A program made the translations under genes and the position numbers. Below, one piece after another: positions 56,117 through 64,000 of a stretch of DNA of 64,000 nt. Under the pieces are notes generated by a model, which saw only the letters and a list, made by a program, of their open reading frames with translations, ran no database searches and had not been told where the DNA came from. The stretch comes from an uncultured beta proteobacterium (GTDB lineage Bacteria; Pseudomonadota; Gammaproteobacteria; Burkholderiales; Burkholderiaceae_A): assembly GCA_902625535.1 (NCBI GenBank), contig CACOBT010000007.1, positions 5,220 through 69,219 on the forward strand, written 5' to 3'. The stretch's first letter is position 1. Each line of letters starts with the position of its first letter.

Positions 56117-57511
56117 TTATTGGAGTACCTGCCGGGCATTAAAATAGTAAAAAAGCCTCTTGTCTGGTGAATAAATCTTCTCTAATGTCACAACTAATGC
56201 ATTGCCGCCCTGAACTCGTAACCAACCCGTCACCTGTTTGTTGGTAGCAATTTTATTTTCAATATGTACAATCTCCGAGTTACTCCCAGAAAGAATTTTA
56301 AGTTTATCCCATATGACACCAGAATGAAAAAATTTGTCAAGTGGTCCAATTAGCTTCTTCCATGTATTCGACATTCTATAAATGGCAAAATTATGATCCA
56401 GTAACCCAGTTACTTTGAAGCTTTCTCGATTATTAATTATTGATTTACAAAAAAGATCAAAGTCAAAATCGACAGCTTTTAATATCCATATTAAATATCC
56501 ATTATGTTTCTCATCATCAGTCATTTTTTCCGTACGCACTGCAAACATATGTAGCGCATTATTTTGGTCCTTAAAGGTAATTCTTGCAAATGTCACGGCC
56601 TCTTCGATACTGTCCATAAAAATGGAATCAAAATCTCTCCCTACCACGTTAGATATTCCTAATCTACTAAGAGCCGTTTTATTCGCAAACACGACTCTTC
56701 CATCTTTATTAGTAAGTAAAATAAATACAGGAAAATTATATAAGACAGACGTCATTGTTGAAGACTCAGACAATGTAGATTTCAAATCCTTTAAAAATTT
56801 CCCTATAGCAGTTTCTCGAGTAGACTCATCAATAACATTAATAAATTGAATCAGTATTATTAGAAGAATAATTTTCAATAATAACCAGGTTGTATAAAGT
56901 CCTCGGTGAGACAAGTAATCCGAGTCCTTCTGAATTTGTAACGTTATCCAAAGTCCCCACAGTATAACGCTAACCGCTGCGACAACTTTTAGGTTTTTAA
57001 AAAAAACCTTGCTATTTGGCCCGCTAGTAGGAACCTTAATACATTGGAAAAAGATACATCCAAAAATCAATATAAAAGAAAAAGATAGTAATATACTCAT
57101 CTCACCGATAGTTCGATATTTAACAACTGAAGCGTAGGCTAAAATAAAAAATAGCACCGTCGGTAACAGAGCTACTAAAACATTTTTCCATAGATTTTTC
57201 TTGCTTGGACGAGATAACATTATACAAAATAACATCAACGCAAAAAGGTCAAAAAAGATTAACGAATCCTCTAGTTTTTGTAATGGCGTGTTTTCCATTA
57301 TCCTTAAATCCTGCATTCCAACAAAAAATATACTCATTGGATGCATCAAGAAGGACAAGCTAATTGTAAGCTGAATTGGTAACACTGCCTTTGGCAACCT
57401 TCTGTAACCGATTTGAAACCCTAGAAAGGCAATGAAAATACTACATGTTAAAAAAAAATAGATTGAAGATGTATTATCCAGATACATAATTATTTTTCGT
57501 CGTTTTACCAC
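56117..57511 (-). CDS. polytopic membrane protein with cytoplasmic PAS-like domain
   Basis: About 7 N-terminal TM segments, then 'ILLTNKDGRVVFANKTALSRLGISNVVGRDFDSIF' (PAS-like). No recognisable output domain. Confidence 0.5.
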   Translation of the reverse strand: MVKRRKIIMYLDNTSSIYFFLTCSIFIAFLGFQIGYRRLPKAVLPIQLTISLSFLMHPMSIFFVGMQDLRIMENTPLQKLEDSLIFFDLFALMLFCIMLSRPSKKNLWKNVLVALLPTVLFFILAYASVVKYRTIGEMSILLSFSFILIFGCIFFQCIKVPTSGPNSKVFFKNLKVVAAVSVILWGLWITLQIQKDSDYLSHRGLYTTWLLLKIILLIILIQFINVIDESTRETAIGKFLKDLKSTLSESSTMTSVLYNFPVFILLTNKDGRVVFANKTALSRLGISNVVGRDFDSIFMDSIEEAVTFARITFKDQNNALHMFAVRTEKMTDDEKHNGYLIWILKAVDFDFDLFCKSIINNRESFKVTGLLDHNFAIYRMSNTWKKLIGPLDKFFHSGVIWDKLKILSGSNSEIVHIENKIATNKQVTGWLRVQGGNALVVTLEKIYSPDKRLFYYFNARQVLQ

Positions 57512-58340
57512 ACTGAGAGAGAGTTACGATAAATTTTTTTCTTGAAGTTAGGTTAAAATCGCGGTCAAAATGTTCACCGTAATGAAGGAAGCTTATTTGC
57601 TTTAAATGTATTGAATCAATAATTTCAAAAAATTTGATTTGTACTTTTTCGTTGAAACTCAAGATGAATCCAATCGTTAAAAGTAGCAGGAAGATAATTT
57701 TCAATTTTCTGAATCTATCTTTAGCGGCTATCTTCGTATCTTGAAACTCATTCTCAGGAAGAGCTTTATGTTCTGTATCATGACTAATTATTTTTTTCGA
57801 CCCTTCGTCAGAGGATATAGAGGAGCTTTTTTTCTCCTCGCGAATTTTAATATTTTTCGCATCGTATAAGTAAAAAGTTGATCCAAACTTGTCTATTTTT
57901 TGTTCAATTTTTTCTCGCGCTATTCCTGTGTTGAGAAAGATAATTAATCTACTCTTATCAACTTGGGATTTTTCGGTGAGAGTTCTCAGTATAGAGATTT
58001 CCTTCCCATCTAATTTATCTCCATTTTTTAATATTAAGACTGTTTTCGTATCTTGTGCAGGGCGATTCGTTACTTTACCTTCGACTAATTCGGAAAAAGC
58101 TACACCATAATCGTCAATTAAAGAGTCTGCGATGAACTTCTCAAATTCACTATCACCATAAAAAATGGTATTGGGATTTTTTTTTACCAGAACCTTTTTT
58201 AATTCAGAGGCAAGCAGGTTTAACGAATAAAAATTATCGCAACATACAAGAGTATTTTCTCTCTTTTTTGAGAGACGAATTAGCAAATCATCCACGAGGT
58301 TTTCCGAGGAGTGCCCCAGCCCAGGATCTAATTTGTGCAC
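57474..58340 (-). CDS. hypothetical single-TM protein
   Basis: 288 aa with a TM 'IIFLLLLTIGFILSF' near residue 215. No intact P-loop seen. Lies between the parA-like and TM-PAS genes. Confidence 0.45.
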   Translation of the reverse strand: MHKLDPGLGHSSENLVDDLLIRLSKKRENTLVCCDNFYSLNLLASELKKVLVKKNPNTIFYGDSEFEKFIADSLIDDYGVAFSELVEGKVTNRPAQDTKTVLILKNGDKLDGKEISILRTLTEKSQVDKSRLIIFLNTGIAREKIEQKIDKFGSTFYLYDAKNIKIREEKKSSSISSDEGSKKIISHDTEHKALPENEFQDTKIAAKDRFRKLKIIFLLLLTIGFILSFNEKVQIKFFEIIDSIHLKQISFLHYGEHFDRDFNLTSRKKFIVTLSQCGKTTKNNYVSG

Positions 58341-58367
58341 ATTTGTCCCCAGAACCCTAAGCTGTGC

Positions 58368-59258
58368 TTATTTTGGACCAATTACGGATTCTAAAATCTT
58401 GGTCAATTTAGACGGATTTTCAGTGCTTTTCGAATTAGTTTTTTTTCCAGTGAAAACTGGTCTATCCGTCGTCAGTTTTTGACCGGCAATTCGCGTATTC
58501 GACTTTTCTGCCATGTACCTACTAAGTTTGGTATTGTGGGTATCGAGACATCGCCGATCAGCAAACTTCACTTTTACTGCGTTCGTCGATTGCTTGTGTA
58601 TGATACCCGCCTGTTGAATCGCCTGCGCACAGCGACCGTAAGATTGAGCTGCCGAGGATCTCACATCATCAAAGACGAATTGTTTCTTAAATAACTGCCT
58701 GACAGACTCATCATTATAGATTGGGGGTAACAGCATAAAAGGAACGGAAAAGTCACGCTGAGTGAAGGGATCAGTCGCAAGCTCAGCATCAGAGACTCTT
58801 GAAGGACAAAGAAGCAAAGTGGGAGGAATACCGCTCTTTGAGTCAAAGACCCAACCTATCGTTTCGATAAACCTGGTTGTGGCGCTTAACTCAATAAGTG
58901 AAACGCTTGTTGGGACCACTACCAAATCAAATTCATATAGAATCTCGGGATCCATAGCAGCTGTCCACGTTAAATCACAAACTAGAACCTCAACCTTACT
59001 CGTATACCTTCTAACTCGGTTTCTACAGTCAATCAACCAACGTCTGGCGTCAAAATCGTCTAAAACGCAATGCTCTGTGACGACGTCCGAGGACCGGGCT
59101 TCATCAATCCATGTACTCGAGGATCCATGGGGGTCTAAGTCAAGCAATACAGTATTTTTGAATGCTTTTTCCGAAAACCAGATAGACAGGTTAGCGGACA
59201 AAGTACTCTTACCTACTCCACCTTTCTGACTAACAACCAAAATTTTCAACGTTTCCAT
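58368..59258 (-). CDS. ParA/MinD-family ATPase with C-terminal extension
   Basis: Deviant Walker A 'VVSQKGGVGKSTLSANL', 'LLDLDPHGSS', 'DLVVVP'. Confidence 0.8.
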   Translation of the reverse strand: METLKILVVSQKGGVGKSTLSANLSIWFSEKAFKNTVLLDLDPHGSSSTWIDEARSSDVVTEHCVLDDFDARRWLIDCRNRVRRYTSKVEVLVCDLTWTAAMDPEILYEFDLVVVPTSVSLIELSATTRFIETIGWVFDSKSGIPPTLLLCPSRVSDAELATDPFTQRDFSVPFMLLPPIYNDESVRQLFKKQFVFDDVRSSAAQSYGRCAQAIQQAGIIHKQSTNAVKVKFADRRCLDTHNTKLSRYMAEKSNTRIAGQKLTTDRPVFTGKKTNSKSTENPSKLTKILESVIGPK

Positions 59259-59280
59259 AACCGCATCCCTTTACAAAAGG

Positions 59281-59294
59281 TATACTAAAGTATT
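59281..59294. promoter_or_regulatory. palindromic operator-like site TATACTAAAGTATT (site 3)
   Basis: Read directly. On the minus strand it reads AATACTTTAGTATA and starts 3 nt after the predicted -10 of the parA-like operon. Confidence 0.55.
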
Positions 59295-59297
59295 AGA

Positions 59298-59326
59298 ATA
59301 ATACTCGATAAGCACGAGTATGGCAA
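59298..59326 (-). promoter_or_regulatory. candidate sigma70 promoter of the parA-like operon
   Basis: Minus strand: TTGCCA (59326-59321), 17-nt spacer, TATTAT (59303-59298). Confidence 0.45.
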
Positions 59327-59422
59327 GTTATAGTTATATTTGTCGGTAAAATTGAGAGAAACATTAGTCGCTAATCAAAGCCGCCTCACCTATGGGGAGA
59401 ATTCTAATAACACTAGCGAATT

Positions 59423-59458
59423 CCCGGTGACCATGTAAATCCAATCTCAGCCACCGGG
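59423..59458 (-). terminator. weak hairpin downstream of hupB
   Basis: CCCGGTG (59423-59429) pairs with CACCGGG (59452-59458). The loop is 22 nt and there is no clear U-tract, so the call is doubtful. Confidence 0.2.
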
Positions 59459-59477
59459 TTGAGAAAATTCTCTTCGA

Positions 59478-59756
59478 TCAGCGCTTATTTACAGCATCCT
59501 TAAAAGCTTTACCAGCGGTAAACTTAACGGTTTTAGACGCAGGAATTTTGATTTCCTCGCCAGTTCTAGGATTTCTGCCCATCCGCGCAGCCCTTTTTCC
59601 GGACCCAAAAGTTCCAAATCCAACAAGTTGAACGTTTTCTCCTTTGGAAACGGCCTTTATAATGCAATCTATGGTGGTTCCTAATACCTCATCAACTTTT
59701 GATTTGGGTAGGCCCGAGGAACCAGATATGGAATCAATTAAATCAGCTTTATTCAT
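59478..59756 (-). CDS. hupB: DNA-binding protein HU
   Basis: 'MNKADLID...[44 protein letters not shown]' canonical HU. 92 aa. Confidence 0.92.
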   Translation of the reverse strand: MNKADLIDSISGSSGLPKSKVDEVLGTTIDCIIKAVSKGENVQLVGFGTFGSGKRAARMGRNPRTGEEIKIPASKTVKFTAGKAFKDAVNKR

Positions 59757-59831
59757 GTAAACCTCTAGAAGAAAGAAACAGTTTCAATTCTAACAATTTC
59801 TGTAGGCTTTTTGCCTTTTTTATGCGAATTT

Positions 59832-60512
59832 ATGTCAAATTTTTTCAGTTCAAATGTTAAAAGTTTTGTTGTAAGGAGCGGGAGGGTAACCAGTTCCCAA
59901 AAAAAAGCTCTTCGCGACTATTCTGATTTTTTTTGCATTCCTTTTTCAGAAAAAGAAGTTTCACTAAAAGAGGTCTTTGAGAATAATAATCCAATTGTTC
60001 TTGACATAGGATTTGGAATGGGGAATGAAATTATTGATTTCTCGATAAAAAACCCAGAAAAGAACGTCTTGGGCATCGAAATCTATAAACCAGCAATTGG
60101 TAACGTTCTTAATAATATTCAGAAAAATAACATTAAGAACATTAAAATAATTAATTACGACGCTTATCTTGTTTTGACAAAAATGCTTACAGATGAATCA
60201 CTTTGTGAGATCCATTTATATTTTCCAGACCCATGGCCAAAAAAGAAACACCACAAACGGAGATTAGTCAACGCTGAATTTGGTCGAATTTTGTACTCAA
60301 AGCTGGAGATCGGCGGAAAAATAAAATGTGCGACCGATAATAAAAGTTATGCAGATCAGATCGTTGAAGTCCTGAGTGAGCAAAAATGTTTCCAAAACAT
60401 GAACGCGGGATATGGCAGTCGTCCCACTGACCGAGTGATTTCTAAGTTTGAACAGAAAGCCTTTGATAACGCTTCCAAAATTTACGAGATATCTTTCGCA
60501 AAACTAAACTGA
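59832..60512 (+). CDS. trmB: tRNA (guanine46-N7)-methyltransferase
   Basis: 'VLDIGFGMGN', 'IHLYFPDPWPKKKHHKRRL'. ATG 59832 preferred over TTG 59811. Confidence 0.9.
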   Translation: MSNFFSSNVKSFVVRSGRVTSSQKKALRDYSDFFCIPFSEKEVSLKEVFENNNPIVLDIGFGMGNEIIDFSIKNPEKNVLGIEIYKPAIGNVLNNIQKNNIKNIKIINYDAYLVLTKMLTDESLCEIHLYFPDPWPKKKHHKRRLVNAEFGRILYSKLEIGGKIKCATDNKSYADQIVEVLSEQKCFQNMNAGYGSRPTDRVISKFEQKAFDNASKIYEISFAKLN

Positions 60513-61328
60513 ATGGCCAAAAAAAATTATTACGATTCCAGCAATAATCCGATACAAAGCAAACACTAATAAACTATGCGTTTTCAGATAAGAAATTAAA
60601 AATCGTATAACCAGATAGGCAGATAATAAAGAAGCACAAAACCCAATAAAAAAAAAGTATAAGTTCTCAATTTTAACTTCATCAAATTTTAGATAAATTG
60701 AATAGAAAGTAGCAGATAAGATCACAGGAACGGCAAGTAGAAATGAAAAATTCGTAGCTGTAGAACGGTTCAAACCAAAATACATCCCTCCAATAATTGC
60801 AGCTCCTGACCTACTAAAGCCTGGCATCAGAGCTAAAGTTTGCATTAAACCTATTTTGACCGCAATTGTTGTTGTCACGTTTCTCATATTATTAATTTTT
60901 TTGTTTTCTTGACGATGCAAAAATTCAACGTGAAACATTAAAAGAGCACCAATTATAAAAGATGTGCCAACGAAAACGGAATCGAAAAAGTTATCAAGGA
61001 TGTACCCTCCGAACAATAAACCAAAAATACCTATCGGAAAGAAAGCCAAAAAAAGGCATTTAAGAAGTTTACGATCTCTGAGTGTCACAATTCCAACGAA
61101 ATCTCTTCTGTAATATAGTAATACGGCTAAAAGGGCTCCAGTCTGGATTGAAATATCAAAAACTTCAGAGTATCCCTCATTGAAGCCTACCATGTCCCCA
61201 AAAAAAATTAAATGACCGGTTGAGGAAATAGGTAAAAATTCAGTAGCTCCCTCGACCACACCCAATAGGAACGCCTTAAAGGAACTAATAAAATCCAATA
61301 AATTCTCCTCAATTGATCCTGATATCAT
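60504..61328 (-). CDS. uppP: undecaprenyl-diphosphatase
   Basis: 'GVVEGATEFLPISSTGHL', 'PGFSRSGAAIIGG' BacA/UppP motifs. 274 aa polytopic. Confidence 0.92.
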   Translation of the reverse strand: MISGSIEENLLDFISSFKAFLLGVVEGATEFLPISSTGHLIFFGDMVGFNEGYSEVFDISIQTGALLAVLLYYRRDFVGIVTLRDRKLLKCLFLAFFPIGIFGLLFGGYILDNFFDSVFVGTSFIIGALLMFHVEFLHRQENKKINNMRNVTTTIAVKIGLMQTLALMPGFSRSGAAIIGGMYFGLNRSTATNFSFLLAVPVILSATFYSIYLKFDEVKIENLYFFFIGFCASLLSAYLVIRFLISYLKTHSLLVFALYRIIAGIVIIFFGHSV

Positions 61329-61436
61329 TGAATATACTTTAAAGGCCCTAACTGTACAATCTATAACTAGGACTTTGAATACTTTACATGTAATAATTAA
61401 AAAAAAACTAGTTATACATATATCCTTGGAAAAAAG

Positions 61437-62726
61437 ATGAAAAAAGCAGTAATGACAATTACCTTGTTAATATTTACTACGAACCTTTCAGCGATTGACT
61501 TATTTGATGCTGTAAATCTTGCGTTCGAGAGCGATCCTCAGTTCCTTAGAGATAGGGACTTACTCGATAAACAGAAAGAATTAATCAACCAAGCTCGAGC
61601 TCCACTTATGCCCAATATTTTTATTTCCGGCTCTTACGCCGATGCTGAGAACTCGATAAACAGTGATGCAAATACAAAAAATGTAGGTGTTACATTATCT
61701 CAGACATTATTTGACCGAGAAAAGTTTTTAAACCTGGACCAAAGTAAACTTAATCTTGAGATCGCAGAATTAAATTTTTTAATTTCAAAAGAACAAACTA
61801 TATTGAGAATAGTCGGAGCTTATTTTGATATCCTTATTGCTCAGAATAACCTCAAAACGATTGAAGCAGAAAAAGATGCTGTTAGGGAACAACTCGAATT
61901 TGCGAAAAGAAACTTTGAAGTGGGTACATCAACTATAACTGATCAGCAGGAGGCACAAGCCAGATTCGACTTAATCAGGGCGTCAGAAATTCGGACCAAG
62001 AATAGCCTTGCGATTGCTAGAACAAACTTAGAAAAATCGCTCCTTACTCCTCTACCTGAAAATCTAAGAGGTATTAATAAAAAAATTAACCTGGAAAGGC
62101 CTGAGATTACTACACCGAAGGAGTGGATGAAAATAGCGAGAGACAATAACTTAACAGTGAAGATAGCAAGGATTAAGACGGAACTTGCTTTCCTTGAATT
62201 GAAGAAAAAAAAATTAGCAAGGATGCCTAGCTTAAATTTCAGTTTGAGCGCTAATAACTCGACAGTAGACTCCACATCTACTATCTCACAAAATATCAAA
62301 ACTGCTACTTTAAGTATTTCAGCTCCGATTTATACAGGGGGAAGCATTAACGCCTCAGAACGACAAGCGATCTCTGACCTTAGAAGGGAAGAAAATAGCC
62401 TAGAATTCGAAATGCTAAACGTTGATCGTTTTGCAGGTAAATCTCTTAGGACATTCATTGCCGGACTGTCGCAAGTTGAGGCTCTTGAAGCAGCCGAGGA
62501 ATCCAGTAAGGTGGCTTTAGAGTCCAATAAGTTAGGTTACGAAGTTGGCGTTCGCATTAATATAGACGTACTTAACGCTCAAAGGCAACTTTTCTCTACG
62601 CAGCGAGATTTGGCTGTCGCTAGATATGAGGCGTTACAATCAAAATTAGAGTTGCTTAGCGCCGTTGGGGATCTAACTTTGTCTGAGGTGCAACAGATCA
62701 GCCAGTTGATTAAAAATTCGAATTAA
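61437..62726 (+). CDS. tolC: TolC-family outer membrane channel
   Basis: Signal peptide and two OEP repeats ('LFDAVNLAFESDPQFL', 'NLEIAELN...', 'DVLNAQRQLFSTQRDLAVARYE'). Confidence 0.85.
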   Translation: MKKAVMTITLLIFTTNLSAIDLFDAVNLAFESDPQFLRDRDLLDKQKELINQARAPLMPNIFISGSYADAENSINSDANTKNVGVTLSQTLFDREKFLNLDQSKLNLEIAELNFLISKEQTILRIVGAYFDILIAQNNLKTIEAEKDAVREQLEFAKRNFEVGTSTITDQQEAQARFDLIRASEIRTKNSLAIARTNLEKSLLTPLPENLRGINKKINLERPEITTPKEWMKIARDNNLTVKIARIKTELAFLELKKKKLARMPSLNFSLSANNSTVDSTSTISQNIKTATLSISAPIYTGGSINASERQAISDLRREENSLEFEMLNVDRFAGKSLRTFIAGLSQVEALEAAEESSKVALESNKLGYEVGVRINIDVLNAQRQLFSTQRDLAVARYEALQSKLELLSAVGDLTLSEVQQISQLIKNSN

Positions 62727-64000
62727 TATCATGTTGATCAACTAAAAGTAAATCGGCATATTTCGTTGATGATCCGCTTCTTTTGCGAATAAAATTATAT
62801 GCATTATCACCAAAACATTTGCTTTTATTTTTATCTTTTAAAATCTCAGAGCCCTCGGCAAACCAATCTCTGTATCTATTTATTCGAATAGCCGCAGATT
62901 CATTAATTAGACCATTTGATATTTCCTGAAAATTGAACATGTAATCGCCAAAAAAAATTACTTTTTTCTGCAAACATGCTTCTAGTGGATTCTGACCACC
63001 AAAGGGTTTTATACTTCCCCCGATAAGAACTATATCGGAAGCTGCCAAATACATTTGTACTTCCCCGATACTATCCCCTATCAAAATACTTGGGCACGGG
63101 TTTGAAGAGACACCTTCAGTCCGTAGAAATTTCGTTCGGGTATCGACGCTGAACCCGGCTAACTGAGCTTCTTTAAGCGCCTTTTTAAATCGCTCGGGAT
63201 GCCTAGGTACCAAAATTAATATTTCATCCATTTCGGGACTAAATCTATTTCTCCAACAGTCGATTATTTCTTTTTCCTCACCATCCCTGGTACTCAATGC
63301 CAACCAAACTATTTTCTTTTTACATTGAGCACGGAAACATAACCCATTAACCACATGATTTTTTTTTAACGAAACATCAAATTTTAAATTATTTAATACA
63401 GACACCTTTTTGTTATATCCTAATTCGATAAACCTGACACTATCGTTTCTTGACTGTGCTATCACCATATCAATTTCATTTATAACCGGCAGAAAAAATC
63501 TGCGCCAATTTTTGTATAAATGAAAAGATCTCGAAGATAATCTACCATTAATGAGCATGACCTTTATTTGGTTTTTTTTACAAGAATAAATCAAATTTGG
63601 CCATATCTCTGTTTCCACTAGAGCGAGTACCGTAGGATTAAAGCACTTACAAAATCTCTCAGTAGCCCATGGGAAATCTAAGGGTAAAATTTCCACCGTA
63701 AAATTTTCGAGGTCTGCAAACATTTCCGACTCTAGATAATTTTGCATGAATTTCCAGGCACTCTTAGTAGTTACAGTGAGAACAACGTTACATAGTCGAT
63801 CCTTTTTGTACAATTGCTCAATCAATGTAAGAGCTCCTTGAACTTCTCCCAATGAAACTGCATGTATCCAAATAATATTTTTTTTAAATTTTTTATTTTC
63901 CTTTTGTAATGCTTTGGAATAACCAAAAAATCTGACCATAAAATCCTCGTTGAAAGACTTTGTTTTCTTGTGCGCCAAAAAGCGTATCACCAAAAAGGGT
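62710..64000 (-). CDS. waaA: 3-deoxy-D-manno-octulosonic acid transferase (5' end beyond window)
   Basis: 'IIWIHAVSLGEVQ', 'LVPRHPERF', 'GGSIKPFGGQNPLE'. The reading frame is still open at position 64000. Confidence 0.88.
   Translation of the reverse strand, partial: PFLVIRFLAHKKTKSFNEDFMVRFFGYSKALQKENKKFKKNIIWIHAVSLGEVQGALTLIEQLYKKDRLCNVVLTVTTKSAWKFMQNYLESEMFADLENFTVEILPLDFPWATERFCKCFNPTVLALVETEIWPNLIYSCKKNQIKVMLINGRLSSRSFHLYKNWRRFFLPVINEIDMVIAQSRNDSVRFIELGYNKKVSVLNNLKFDVSLKKNHVVNGLCFRAQCKKKIVWLALSTRDGEEKEIIDCWRNRFSPEMDEILILVPRHPERFKKALKEAQLAGFSVDTRTKFLRTEGVSSNPCPSILIGDSIGEVQMYLAASDIVLIGGSIKPFGGQNPLEACLQKKVIFFGDYMFNFQEISNGLINESAAIRINRYRDWFAEGSEILKDKNKSKCFGDNAYNFIRKRSGSSTKYADLLLVDQHDINSNF

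Noticed and set aside
59259-59477. Right-hand island boundary, searched for a direct repeat of the tRNA-Lys 3' end or an integrase remnant
   Set aside because: No match longer than a few nucleotides was seen by eye, and there is no ORF. The region is better explained as the parA-like promoter plus the hupB 3' flank.
63991-63993. TTG proposed by the ORF track as the waaA start
   Set aside because: The frame remains open to the window edge. The upstream residues ('PFLVIRFL') align with the N-terminal membrane helix of WaaA, so the gene is truncated by the window rather than starting here.

Overview
AT-rich, very compact proteobacterial chromosome segment whose gene order is typical of Beta/Gammaproteobacteria. 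All calls rest on reading the ORF translations and the DNA by eye; no searches were run.

1-26 kb is housekeeping: miaB-ybeY-corC-lnt, glyQ-glyS-gmhB-plsC, rsmA-surA-lptD with divergent amgK-murU, pepP, fis-purH-ruvCAB, tolQRAB-pal-cpoB, a YeeE/YedE transporter and tRNA-Lys(UUU).

An accessory block of about 33 kb starts directly after the tRNA.
- Two small hypotheticals.
- A tightly overlapping six-gene minus-strand operon. It encodes a SEDS (FtsW/RodA-like) protein with a long N-terminal extension, a class-B-PBP-like transpeptidase, a 110-aa unknown, an FHA-like protein, a PP2C phosphatase and a membrane kinase-like protein that lacks the ATP-binding N-lobe.
- A divergent small lipoprotein gene.
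- One contiguous ~17.6 kb type VI secretion operon (tssB tssC hcp tssE tssF tssG vgrG, MORN protein, DUF4280/PAAR-like, small TM protein, tssJ tssK tssL tssM tssA). There is no clpV and no recognisable toxin.
- An acidic 225-aa unknown.
- A regulatory block: a membrane histidine kinase with an Asp-to-Asn pseudo-receiver, a LuxR-type response regulator without a canonical start codon, a membrane-anchored XRE HTH protein, a TM-PAS protein, an unknown TM protein and a ParA-like ATPase.

A 12-14 bp palindrome TATACT-TT-AGTATA sits on the predicted promoters of tssB, of the orf225/kinase divergent pair and of the parA-like operon.

59.4-64 kb returns to housekeeping: hupB, trmB, uppP, tolC and waaA, which runs off the window.

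The main lead is the phospho-signalling plus peptidoglycan-synthase module next to a ClpV-less T6SS with its own operator-marked regulon.
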